Virus record (IMG/VR): IMGVR_UViG_3300044626_000606
Reading direction: 5' to 3' (one strand)
Length of the DNA: 20,000 nucleotides
Origin: an uncultured virus (IMG/VR IMGVR_UViG_3300044626_000606)
Lineage: Duplodnaviria; Heunggongvirae; Uroviricota; Caudoviricetes
Part shown: positions 8,180-16,380 of the stretch, in pieces
How positions within the stretch are numbered: position 1 is the stretch's first letter
Layout: each line of letters opens with the position of its first letter
The notes under the pieces: model-generated
What the model saw: only the letters and a program-made list of their open reading frames with translations
Database searches by the model: none
What the model was told of the DNA's origin: nothing
Made by a program: the position numbers and the translations under genes

Positions 8180-8414
8180 ACAATTCGTCCAGTTGTTTAA
8201 GCTTACGATTAAGTCTATCGCGCACGGCTTCTGGATTCAAACGGAAACCACAGACCCTAAACAGGTCTTCGGCTGTATCGAAAAACTCCCGAAAATGCTC
8301 GGGAGTAAAAGCCCAATCGGGCTTGCGTTTGGCCCGACAAGGAGAGATGGCTAGATCTAGATCGGCAACCGCCTGTTCGACGATTGCTGCGGTCAGATCA
8401 AGCCATCCCCTCAT
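8118..8414 (-). CDS. Hypothetical phage protein (98 aa)
   Basis: C-terminal half of the 200-aa track ORF. ATG 8414 overlaps the end of the upstream gene; the 'LTAAIVEQAVADL...FF...LF...NPEAVRDRL' pattern recalls a widespread small phage protein. Confidence 0.55.
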   Translation of the reverse strand: MRGWLDLTAAIVEQAVADLDLAISPCRAKRKPDWAFTPEHFREFFDTAEDLFRVCGFRLNPEAVRDRLNRKLKQLDELYAKEGSIRDSGKASGSGRKA

Positions 8415-8745
8415 CAGCCCCCTCTTCGACAGCTTCAACAAAGGATGTCTCTTCGTCTTCTTCCTCCTCCATCTCTTCTGTCTTGGGGGATACCTTGGCT
8501 CGGACTTCCGTCCCTTCGATTGACTCCAGCACCATCTTACCCTTGGCGTAGCGGAATTTCGCAACGGCCTCAAAGGGTTCGTTGGGTTGGACATCGGCGG
8601 GGGGAACAAAGCCTGCGGGGATCGGAAACACAACTTCGCCGTCTTGGGTCGGAGCAGTCTCCGGCTCAATCTGGGCGACTTTGTCCGTCTTTGCCACTGC
8701 GGGAGGTTCCCGCATCGCAATTAATACAGCTTCTGGTGTGTTCAT
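8398..8745 (-). CDS. Acidic hypothetical protein downstream of the capsid gene (115 aa), possibly head-associated
   Basis: Start re-assigned to ATG 8745 (MNTPEAV...) because the track's GTG start at 8793 lies in the hairpin; Glu-rich C-terminus. Confidence 0.6.
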   Translation of the reverse strand: MNTPEAVLIAMREPPAVAKTDKVAQIEPETAPTQDGEVVFPIPAGFVPPADVQPNEPFEAVAKFRYAKGKMVLESIEGTEVRAKVSPKTEEMEEEEDEETSFVEAVEEGADEGMA

Positions 8746-8758
8746 TGTTTGAATGGAA

Positions 8759-8793
8759 GCACCTCCCAGGGGGATAGAACCCCTGGGAGGCAC
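8759..8793 (-). terminator. Strong stem-loop just downstream of the capsid gene (terminator/attenuator or mRNA stabiliser)
   Basis: Perfect 11-bp inverted repeat cctcccagggg (8762-8772) / cccctgggagg (8780-8790) with a 7-nt loop, extendable to 14 bp with G-U pairs on the minus-strand RNA; only a weak U tract follows (UUCCAUUC). Confidence 0.7.
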
Positions 8794-8808
8794 GACTTAC
8801 TCAATCAA

Positions 8809-10023
8809 TTACGAGTAGCAACCGACAAGGTTCAAGTCGTTGTTGCAACGCGAGTGACGGATCACATATCCGTACTGCGGGAACACCGGCTTGGAACCGC
8901 TGCCGAACACAGCGCGGAAGAACCCAATGGCACCGTCCGGATTGTTATCACGATCCGGAATATTGCGCCAAGTGAAGTCCCCACGGAAACTGTGAGGGTC
9001 AAAGTTCATCGCACCCGTGCCACTGATCGGCTTCGGGATCAAGGAGGTGAACACATCCTGATGGAAGATGATCGTGTCCTCGAACTCAGCCGTTTCGTAG
9101 GCGGGGTTGATGTCATATTTGTATCCCTGCGTGCCAGCCGCACTGCGGATGAACGGATACCGGCGCACATAGGAGCCAGCAACCTTATCCCAGCGAGGGG
9201 CATAGGGGTCGACGAGGTGGTGGAACCCACGATAGGTCCGATTGACGCCCAGAGGGGCGAGCAATTCGTTAACCCGATCGCTCCAGCGGAAGTCCTGACG
9301 GATATCCGCATTGGAACGGATCAAGTCGTCGGAAGCTTCCGAAGACATGATCGCAAGGAACACCGGAGCTCCGTTGGAACGATCGTACACGTTGTTGCCT
9401 GCGCCGTCGCGGATCAACTTCATGTAGATACGATCCAGGATACCCTGGGTCAGCTTGCTGGTGGGGGAGTTGCCAGCCGCGCCGGTGCCAAGGAACGCAC
9501 CCGTGCTGACCTCTTCGAGGTTAGGGCGGGCGATGACCTTGTGATCCGACAGGCGGACGTACTCATCACGATAACGCTCTTTCCAGACTTCGCTCGTGGC
9601 GTCGGTGAGGATCGCCATGATGTTGGCGAGCTGCTCTTTCCGTTTCAGCGGGAAGCGCAGATCGTTCAAGCAGATGTCCGGGCTATTGAGCGCGGTTTGC
9701 TGGAGGTTGTAGGTCCGAAGGGTCTGACCGAACTCGATCGTTTCGGCGGAAGGGGCGCAAGAGCCCGAGCCGACGCTACCCGTGGGGTAGGCAGGATTCG
9801 AGGATAGGTTAGCCCAAGAGACCTTGGGGGTTCCGTCGCTCTTATAGGGGAGCGAACGTTCGTAGACCAGGACGGAAACGGAATCACCCATCTCATCCGG
9901 CCACGCATCTTGTTTTACGAGCTTGAGCCAAGGAGAGGTGTCGACAGTCCGACGATAGATGTCGGGACCAATACGACCGCTCTCTTTGATCAACAGCTGC
10001 TCGACGTCAAACGTAGTAGCCAT
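8809..10023 (-). CDS. Major capsid protein (404 aa)
   Basis: Size, GC-rich codon usage, position after the scaffold region, own promoter/leader and 3' hairpin; sequence pattern consistent with an HK97 fold (E-loop-like 'EFGQTLRTYNLQQ', spine-helix-like 'EQLANIMAILTDATSEVWKERYRDEY', C-terminal 'GFFRAVFGSGSKPVFPQYGYVI'). Confidence 0.8.
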   Translation of the reverse strand: MATTFDVEQLLIKESGRIGPDIYRRTVDTSPWLKLVKQDAWPDEMGDSVSVLVYERSLPYKSDGTPKVSWANLSSNPAYPTGSVGSGSCAPSAETIEFGQTLRTYNLQQTALNSPDICLNDLRFPLKRKEQLANIMAILTDATSEVWKERYRDEYVRLSDHKVIARPNLEEVSTGAFLGTGAAGNSPTSKLTQGILDRIYMKLIRDGAGNNVYDRSNGAPVFLAIMSSEASDDLIRSNADIRQDFRWSDRVNELLAPLGVNRTYRGFHHLVDPYAPRWDKVAGSYVRRYPFIRSAAGTQGYKYDINPAYETAEFEDTIIFHQDVFTSLIPKPISGTGAMNFDPHSFRGDFTWRNIPDRDNNPDGAIGFFRAVFGSGSKPVFPQYGYVIRHSRCNNDLNLVGCYS

Positions 10024-10200
10024 TGTAGTAGTTACCTTTCACTAAGGGTTAATGGAATGTAAGCCCAGCAACACTATGTTGTTGGCATCCCATCAGTTTT
10101 CCCCGGCGGCATCCCGAGAGTTTTTGTTGCCCGACGCATCAGTTGTTTTCAGCTATGCAGCGGCGGCCTGCACTTACGCCCGTGCCTATTCAACCTAGCA
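10024..10200 (-). ncRNA. Candidate structured 5' leader (cis-regulatory RNA) of the capsid gene
   Basis: Only long non-coding gap in the window; several hairpins and duplicated GCCGCCG and AACUGAUG motifs (see findings). Confidence 0.45.
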
Positions 10201-10206
10201 ACTCTA

Positions 10207-10233
10207 AAAATAACACCCTATAGAATCTGTCAA
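10207..10233 (-). promoter_or_regulatory. Candidate promoter for the capsid gene: TTGACA-N15-TATTTT with extended -10 TG
   Basis: Minus strand ttgacagattctatagggtgttatttt; matches the element upstream of the portal at 17 of 27 positions. Confidence 0.55.
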
Positions 10234-10934
10234 GTGGGTGTATTTAATATTTTTTCGATTTCTGGCAGACATTCCTTAATACCGCCCCACGACCAAAATT
10301 GCCGAACATAGACCTCTTCTTGGTGCGGGTCTTTCCACTCAAACTTAGACCGAAACTTTTCCCAGGCAAAAGCACCCAAAACATTAAACTCCGAAAAGCT
10401 TTTGTGCGGACGGGAGGTTACATAATCGGCTAGAGGCTTTCTATGCCTAGCTTCAAGATAGGTTCTAAGCTCGTTGTATATCCACCTAGGGTACACAAAA
10501 GGGTGCCTACGCATAAACTCAAACTGGGGAACCCATCCAAGTGTTTCTGCAACAATAGGTTGCCAATGGCAACCTTCGAGTTTTGAATATGGTTCATAAA
10601 AAGCTATGGGTCTTCCTTCTGTAATTAAGAGCTCTGGGGAGATCGGTTTTGTCCAAATTGTATCGGAATCAAAATGACAGACATAGTCGGAGTCTGTGTA
10701 GGTGTCGGCCAAAAGTTTTGTGACCTGTTGTCCAAGGTAATCGTCGGGGTATTTGGGGCATTCGTGCACCTTTTCCTTGGTTAAGTGTTTAAGGAGGTGT
10801 CCATCACCCTCTGGGACAACAATGTGGATATCTCTAAAACCTCTGGCAAATAGTTCGCATGACTTTAGGCAGTGAGCCAGCCATTCAAAATCCCCACGAT
10901 AGCTTCTAATAAAAAGGTCTACCGAGGCCGACAT
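10230..10934 (-). CDS. Putative GT-A-fold glycosyltransferase (DUF6492-like, 234 aa)
   Basis: N-terminal 'FIRSYRGD...L..CLKS', 'IHIVVP', 'YLGQQVTKL.AD', DxD motif in 'CHFDSD', 'FSEFNVLG'. Confidence 0.65.
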   Translation of the reverse strand: MSASVDLFIRSYRGDFEWLAHCLKSCELFARGFRDIHIVVPEGDGHLLKHLTKEKVHECPKYPDDYLGQQVTKLLADTYTDSDYVCHFDSDTIWTKPISPELLITEGRPIAFYEPYSKLEGCHWQPIVAETLGWVPQFEFMRRHPFVYPRWIYNELRTYLEARHRKPLADYVTSRPHKSFSEFNVLGAFAWEKFRSKFEWKDPHQEEVYVRQFWSWGGIKECLPEIEKILNTPT

Positions 10935-11572
10935 AAGATATCGTACTGGAACCGATTTGGTTCTGGGTGTGGCTCCATATCATATTTTAACTCATCAGAT
11001 ATATACTCCAAAAGGCCTTCTAGGCTTTCACCCTGGCGGTAAAGAGCGTTGCTGTTGCACTCAACCCAAAGCATAGGCCGATAAGCCTCAATTGTTTGTC
11101 TGGCTCCACGCAAAGCAGAAATTTCGTGACCCTCGACATCAAGCTTGAAAAAGTTCAGCTTTTTCAAGTTAATCGAGTCCAGATCCAGAACAACGACTTT
11201 CTCGATCCCGGCACCTCCAAGATGGCCAGCACCGGCATTGGGGGAATTCGAGTACACATATTCCCCACGCTTGTCGCTTAAGCCATAAGGCATACTCACG
11301 GCCTTCGGGCAATTGTGGACTAGACATTCAAAAGCTTTTGGGTTTGGTTCAAAAGCGTATACGGCTCCAGACGCACCAACTTTCTCGAGATAGGCGATTG
11401 TGTGATCACCAATAAAAGCACCGGCGTCGACAACAAAATCACCTTCGTTGATATTCGGAAGAATAAAGCTCAAGGAATAATCGTCGTGGGCAAGCTTACC
11501 GGACTCCTGCACCCACTTTGATATGTGGGTGTCACCTTCAATCACCGCAAGGTTATTTGGGAGAAGTTTCAC
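10919..11572 (-). CDS. FkbM-family SAM-dependent methyltransferase (217 aa)
   Basis: 'VVDAGAFIGDH', 'VYAFEPNP', 'GLSD', 'FFKLDVEGHE..ALRGA..TI...RP.LWVE' are hallmark FkbM motifs. Start re-assigned to GTG 11572 (MKLLPNNL). Confidence 0.9.
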   Translation of the reverse strand: MKLLPNNLAVIEGDTHISKWVQESGKLAHDDYSLSFILPNINEGDFVVDAGAFIGDHTIAYLEKVGASGAVYAFEPNPKAFECLVHNCPKAVSMPYGLSDKRGEYVYSNSPNAGAGHLGGAGIEKVVVLDLDSINLKKLNFFKLDVEGHEISALRGARQTIEAYRPMLWVECNSNALYRQGESLEGLLEYISDELKYDMEPHPEPNRFQYDILCRPR

Positions 11573-11580
11573 AAGTTGCG

Positions 11581-11609
11581 AGTGTAGTCGATAGGTTTGT
11601 TTAGGCCAA
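11581..11609 (-). promoter_or_regulatory. Possible sigma70-type promoter TTGGCC-N17-TACACT, 8 nt before the methyltransferase GTG
   Basis: Direct reading of the minus strand; good -10, moderate -35. Confidence 0.3.
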
Positions 11610-12263
11610 CACCTTCTTTTTGACAAAATTTAAAAGTTTAACTTTATTCCCGATACCCCTAACCCAATTGGCGTGATGCATAAGTATGCTTTTGGGTATT
11701 TCAAGATCCTCTTGCCCTTCCCAGATTTGGTTGTTGGTCGCTGACGAAATTGTATAATACTTTTCGTTTGGGAGGAAATCGAAGGAAATCGTATCGGCTA
11801 TGGTGTTTGCCGCAAGTTGTTCATCCTGGTACTTCGGTAGAAGATCCAGAATTTTTTCGTAAAAGCCTTCCGATGTCGAATTGCACTTAACCAAGACAAA
11901 TCCTGTGCACATGCGGTTTTTATGTTCTGGTTTTGGGGCATCGTCCTGGAACAAAATATCAACGCCATCTCGCCTCTGGCTCAAAATGTCCTCTGCAAAA
12001 CCTTCAAAAAACTGGACATCGGCGTCAGAAAGAACCACAAAATTACCAAAATTGCTTCTTATGATCTTTAGGATCAGCCTAACTTTATCGAGCATAGCGT
12101 AAGACCACCCTTCAGAAAAATATTCGCCAGCTTCTGTCCTTTGAGGCAACTCGGCAAAATTTAATGACAATAAATTTTTTGGGTCTGCTCTGAAAAAAGA
12201 AGGCTTGAAAAACTCTAGGAATATTGGTTTGTGGGATTGGGAGAAAAACGAAAAGACTTTCAC
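11601..12263 (-). CDS. Nucleotide-diphospho-sugar transferase (GT77-like / PF03407-like, 220 aa)
   Basis: 'VLSDADVQFF' DxD motif, 'DILFQDD', 'CTGFVLV', 'DEQ..AN' and C-terminal 'HANWVRG..NK..LL', the motif series typical of this family. Confidence 0.8.
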   Translation of the reverse strand: MKVFSFFSQSHKPIFLEFFKPSFFRADPKNLLSLNFAELPQRTEAGEYFSEGWSYAMLDKVRLILKIIRSNFGNFVVLSDADVQFFEGFAEDILSQRRDGVDILFQDDAPKPEHKNRMCTGFVLVKCNSTSEGFYEKILDLLPKYQDEQLAANTIADTISFDFLPNEKYYTISSATNNQIWEGQEDLEIPKSILMHHANWVRGIGNKVKLLNFVKKKVLA

Positions 12264-12928
12264 ACCTTAAGTTCCCTCAATCGGTCAATGAATGAGCTAT
12301 TTTTACATTGATGGAACAAAACAGTTTTAGGCTTGAGGATGTCGGTTAAGCTTTTTTTGTCTGGGAAATCAAAATCACGTTTCTGACTCCAAATGTGCTG
12401 GATGAGTTCCGTCCAGTGTGCGTTGTTGACGATATCGTCAGCGCAAGCAACGTCCCAAGCGATGCGATCCAACTTGCAAACATATTGGGCTTGGTGGAGA
12501 ACATCTGCCGGGTAAACAGCATTGCCGCTCATATGTAGCGGGACATTCTCGGCTACTACTCTCGCTCCCATAAAGGGCTTACCACACGAATTGTACTCAG
12601 CCTCAATCTGATCGATCCAGGAGGGGACGATAGGGACACAATCTGCCTCAAACCAGAGGAATGGGCGTTTGATGTCCCAAGTAATATGCTGGCAAAGTCT
12701 TTTAAAAAGGTGGTTCGGGCTCTGAGGCCAGCCACGTTCATCCTCGTCGTGGGGGACAAAGAAACTTGTTTTGGCAAACGGGCTTTTGAAGGCCGATGTG
12801 TCGACCCTTTTGGATGCGGAAATGATGAGCTCATGTTTCTCCGTGGGTGTCTTGATCTCCTCAATCCAGTCCAGCAAGCGTTGCGCGGCTGGTGCGTCCA
12901 GATGGCTGGTTGGCAAAACCAAAAGCAT
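12260..12928 (-). CDS. Putative GT-A-fold glycosyltransferase with EAD variant of the DxD motif (222 aa)
   Basis: 'GWPQSPNHLF', 'FLWFEADCVP...WID.I..EY', 'PFMG', 'HMSGNAVYP', 'AWDV', late His in 'LFHQCK'; clustered with other glycan enzymes. Confidence 0.55.
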   Translation of the reverse strand: MLLVLPTSHLDAPAAQRLLDWIEEIKTPTEKHELIISASKRVDTSAFKSPFAKTSFFVPHDEDERGWPQSPNHLFKRLCQHITWDIKRPFLWFEADCVPIVPSWIDQIEAEYNSCGKPFMGARVVAENVPLHMSGNAVYPADVLHQAQYVCKLDRIAWDVACADDIVNNAHWTELIQHIWSQKRDFDFPDKKSLTDILKPKTVLFHQCKNSSFIDRLRELKV

Positions 12929-12932
12929 CGGA

Positions 12933-14741
12933 CTACCCTAGGGCAATAATGTCGGCTGGTATAGCGGTTTTTTTAAGTTTCTCGCCAACTGAACCAGGTG
13001 TGCTGGAAGCCGACGAAAGAGCGTAGTCCCAGACGTTGGCCTGGGTTAAGACGGCGGTACCGACGGTGTTGTCCACCGCTACGCCTGCGGCCACGGAGCT
13101 TGCGGCTGGGACGGCACAGGTGCCGGTAAGGTTGCCTGCGTTGTAGGTGACACCGGAACGGACGTTGGTGACGGCTGGCATTAGGCCAGCGGCGTTTCCA
13201 TCAACGAGGGTTTTGGTCCCAGCGGCTGAAGTGTAAAATTTTGCGGTGTTTGTTGAATCGTCGATCAGCTGGAACACTCCTGGTCCGCTTATGGGGGTAT
13301 TTCCACGAGCCCCGAACTCAAGTTTCTTAAATCGAATAATCGGGTTTACGTTCTGAGCATTAGCCGCATAGGTAAAACCGTTTATACCAACAGAACCTGG
13401 ACCAAAATCGTTTCCAACAAGTTTATCTGCTATTAAAGTGGCCGTAGAAGAAGCACTATAACCATGGGCAGCAGATCCAATACCTGCGGTAATCGTACCG
13501 TTAACCGTAATCACTGAATTAACTTCGTTAGAGATCCCAACACCAGCTGCCCCAGAGCCGCCAACAACATTACCATTTATAGTTGCTGGTGAGTTATTGT
13601 TCGAACGATAAGCTATAGAAGTACTTCCTCCTCCTCCCCCGGTTAAATTGCCATTTATAAGAATTACTTGTCCGGAATTACCAGACCAAAAAGTATAATT
13701 TTGGGTTGTTGAATTCCCGGCAATCACGTCACCTGTCTGAGTATATTGAGAGCCACTCCCAACAAGATAAACGGCTCCGCTTTGCGTACCAACACCAGAA
13801 GTAGAGCCGTAAATACTTCCATTCACAACCAGTAACCCACCAGCCCTGTGCACAATAGCCGCCTCGCTTTGAGATCCTCCTGCTCCGGTGGAAGCTGCGT
13901 AGACATTTCCGTTAACAGTTATGGTTGCCCCACCATTTATGTCGATTGCTCGGTTTACCAGTGTTCCCGTCACATTACCTGTGATGGTACAAGGGATGGA
14001 ATTTGTATTGTGGTAATATGCTGGGTTACCGAAACCACCTACCCCAGAAGCCCCTCCTGTAAGATTACAATTTATAATTGTGGAAGAAGGTGCGATAGAT
14101 GCTCCAGTAGGACTCCAACCAACAGATAATGCTGCAGTACTACCACTTGTGGAGGTCCCGCCAATCAAAGCTGAACCACTATTAATTTGAGTAAATGTTG
14201 GGATATTATTAGAATTAAATAAACTTATTCCGTTACAACTGTTTCCACCAGTTCCTCCACGAACTGTCCCAGTCACATATAAGGAGCCACCAGCATGTCG
14301 TACCCCTTCGGAATTAGTTACGCTTCCACCAGTTATATTCCCGTTAATTGTGACCGTGGGGTAATCGGAAAGACTGGACGATACGAAAGAATAAGCCCCC
14401 ATCGTAAATGTGGAGTTGGCATTTGTGCCTGCCGTTACCGCTCCGTTTAAGGTAAAGTTAACTGTTCCAGCAACAATGGTCACAACTGACCCGTTGGCCG
14501 CTGAGATAACATTTGCGTTAACGACTCGTGTTCCGGAAGTCTGGCTTTGGAAAGTCCCTCCTGCCGTGATTGCGGGACTGCCGACCGCGGCGTTACGTAA
14601 ACTGATCACCGTAACATTTTGATCAATGGTTACGGTTCTGTTATTGGCGTAAACATCGTCAGCGGATGTGGGCAGTGTTCCACCGTCCCATGTGGCGGTG
14701 CTAGACCAATTTCCGTTGGCAACGGCGTAACGAATGGCCAT
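12933..14741 (-). CDS. Gly/Ser/Thr/Asn-rich beta-helical fibre or adhesin-like virion protein (602 aa)
   Basis: N-terminal 'GNWSSTATWDGGTLP...DDV' (autotransporter-passenger/G8-like) motif; ~25-28-aa repeats 'TING(N)[IV]TGG'; C-terminal 'PA..NVRSGVTY'/'PAASSVAAGV.V' repeats and helical 'VWDY...PGSVGEKL' end. Confidence 0.7.
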   Translation of the reverse strand: MAIRYAVANGNWSSTATWDGGTLPTSADDVYANNRTVTIDQNVTVISLRNAAVGSPAITAGGTFQSQTSGTRVVNANVISAANGSVVTIVAGTVNFTLNGAVTAGTNANSTFTMGAYSFVSSSLSDYPTVTINGNITGGSVTNSEGVRHAGGSLYVTGTVRGGTGGNSCNGISLFNSNNIPTFTQINSGSALIGGTSTSGSTAALSVGWSPTGASIAPSSTIINCNLTGGASGVGGFGNPAYYHNTNSIPCTITGNVTGTLVNRAIDINGGATITVNGNVYAASTGAGGSQSEAAIVHRAGGLLVVNGSIYGSTSGVGTQSGAVYLVGSGSQYTQTGDVIAGNSTTQNYTFWSGNSGQVILINGNLTGGGGGSTSIAYRSNNNSPATINGNVVGGSGAAGVGISNEVNSVITVNGTITAGIGSAAHGYSASSTATLIADKLVGNDFGPGSVGINGFTYAANAQNVNPIIRFKKLEFGARGNTPISGPGVFQLIDDSTNTAKFYTSAAGTKTLVDGNAAGLMPAVTNVRSGVTYNAGNLTGTCAVPAASSVAAGVAVDNTVGTAVLTQANVWDYALSSASSTPGSVGEKLKKTAIPADIIALG

Positions 14742-14742
14742 A

Positions 14743-15105
14743 TCAGGTCTTCGTCAGGCTGGTGAGGTTTCCACTTCCGTCGTACCCGAGCGTGAGCGTG
14801 GCGACCGTGGTTCCACCTGCCCCTCCAGTCTTGTAGGTCACGGACGTCAGATTCCCACTGGTGTAGCCGAGGGCTCGGTAATCGTGTGTTGGGATGTTCC
14901 ACCCAGCAATGTTCCCGACGCTAACCGAGCCAGACACGCTGGCTGGAACTGGCGTAGCCCGAAGTTCCGCATCCGTCAATCCTCCGCCAGACGCTCCTCC
15001 AGTCTTTGCATCGATGGATTGCAGAAGACTATTAATCTTCTGTAAAGACCTCGGCTCCCTGTCTTGAGGGAGAGGTGCGTCACCTTCTGGGAAGAAGGAT
15101 GGCAT
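14743..15105 (-). CDS. Hypothetical virion protein with YD-like duplicated beta motif (120 aa)
   Basis: Fills the gap after the scaffold; internal repeat LGYTSGNLTSVT / LGYDGSGNLTSLT. Confidence 0.65.
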   Translation of the reverse strand: MPSFFPEGDAPLPQDREPRSLQKINSLLQSIDAKTGGASGGGLTDAELRATPVPASVSGSVSVGNIAGWNIPTHDYRALGYTSGNLTSVTYKTGGAGGTTVATLTLGYDGSGNLTSLTKT

Positions 15106-15114
15106 CTTTTCCTA

Positions 15115-16377
15115 TCAGACTCTGGAGATTGCGTCCAAGAAGCTTAAGCCAGGATCGGCGTCGTTCTTGTCCACAACTTGACCAGCACCAGTTCCAGGGG
15201 TTGCCTTGCGGTATTCGGCCAAGCTACTCTTTAGGCTAACCATCTCTTGGTTCGTCTTGGAGACATAGTCCTTGAACACTTGGACAACCAAGGGGAGGGT
15301 GACGGCTTGGTAAGTCAAAGCCGCACGCTGACGATGGTCGAGCGGCTCGGCATCAAGTCTCTCAGCCTGCGAGCGAAGCTGATCGATAGTCTGGTTCCAC
15401 TGATCGTTGCCGTCAATCTTCTTGAGCAACGGAAGTTCGGATTGGAAACTTTCCCAGACTTCGCCGAAAGCCTTCTTGGCATCGGCATCGTATTTGGCTC
15501 GCTCCACACGCTCTTCTTCCTCTTCGGCCTTGGTCAAGGCTTCGAGGGTCGCCTTGCTTTCCTTGACCATTTCGTCTCGCTTGGAGTTGATCTGAATCAA
15601 CTCGTCGACCTTCATCCGAACAGCCAAAGCATCGGCGGCGTCCATTTCACCAGTCAACTCCTTGAGGAGAACTCGGCGTTTGGCTCCGTCTGTCTCGTTG
15701 ACTGCTTCCAGAATCGTGGACGGGCGGACATCGTAGACCTTGGCGATGTCGGAGATGGTCTGGACTGCGGCCTTGGTAGGCTCGGCAATATTGACCTTGT
15801 ATTCGCTGGTGGCTTCAATGCGGCCAACGCGAAGTTCGCCTTCCAGTTCTTCCCGCTCTTTCTGGAACTGCTCGAGCTTGGTCTGGAGTTCCTTGAGTTG
15901 GGCGTCGGTCTGTACATCGCCACCTTTTTCCGAAACAGCCTCGGTTCGGGTAGCGACCTTAGTCTCAAACTCTTTCAGTTTGGCTTTGGCGTCGCGCAAC
16001 TCCTTGGTGAGCTTGGCAAAGGCGGTCTGAGCGGCGGGTGCTGTGCCTTCTGGGAGAGCCTCAATAGGCTCTTCCGTTTTGGCTTCGGCAGGCTTTTCCG
16101 CAAAAGCCTTGTCATCTACACCGATTTTCCCGAGCTCGTTAAGAATGAAAGAAGGGGTTGCGGTCGTCTCTTTGGCGGGAGCTTCTGTAGCTTTGGGTGT
16201 CGTGGACGTAGGCTCTGGTGCTTTCGGAGTGGCAACCTCCTGCGGTGCGGTTTTCGGCGGAGCAACATCGACGGGAGCCGATGTGCCGAGTGCGGCATCA
16301 AGAGCCTCAGAAAGGCTGACGCCAGCGGAGGGTTTCGTTGCGGGGGTTGGGGTCGTCTCGGTTGTTGCTGTTGACAT
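15115..16377 (-). CDS. Capsid assembly scaffolding protein (420 aa)
   Basis: Pro/Ala/Thr/Glu-rich disordered N-terminus, long coiled coils, short C-terminal helix 'SFLDAISRV'; located between portal and capsid genes. Confidence 0.7.
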   Translation of the reverse strand: MSTATTETTPTPATKPSAGVSLSEALDAALGTSAPVDVAPPKTAPQEVATPKAPEPTSTTPKATEAPAKETTATPSFILNELGKIGVDDKAFAEKPAEAKTEEPIEALPEGTAPAAQTAFAKLTKELRDAKAKLKEFETKVATRTEAVSEKGGDVQTDAQLKELQTKLEQFQKEREELEGELRVGRIEATSEYKVNIAEPTKAAVQTISDIAKVYDVRPSTILEAVNETDGAKRRVLLKELTGEMDAADALAVRMKVDELIQINSKRDEMVKESKATLEALTKAEEEEERVERAKYDADAKKAFGEVWESFQSELPLLKKIDGNDQWNQTIDQLRSQAERLDAEPLDHRQRAALTYQAVTLPLVVQVFKDYVSKTNQEMVSLKSSLAEYRKATPGTGAGQVVDKNDADPGLSFLDAISRV

Positions 16378-16380
16378 AAA

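Noticed and set aside
8414..8720. Open alternative frame that could allow a frameshift fusion of the 115-aa and 98-aa proteins
   Set aside because: Would need a +1 shift, no canonical slippery site was seen, and the downstream gene has its own overlapping ATG.
8749..9807. 352-aa plus-strand ORF
   Set aside because: Antisense shadow of the capsid gene caused by its codon bias; no recognisable motifs.
10030..10150. CUGAUG and GAAA elements suggesting a hammerhead ribozyme
   Set aside because: Both copies read CUGAUGC or CUGAUGG rather than CUGANGA, and the required three-stem arrangement could not be built.
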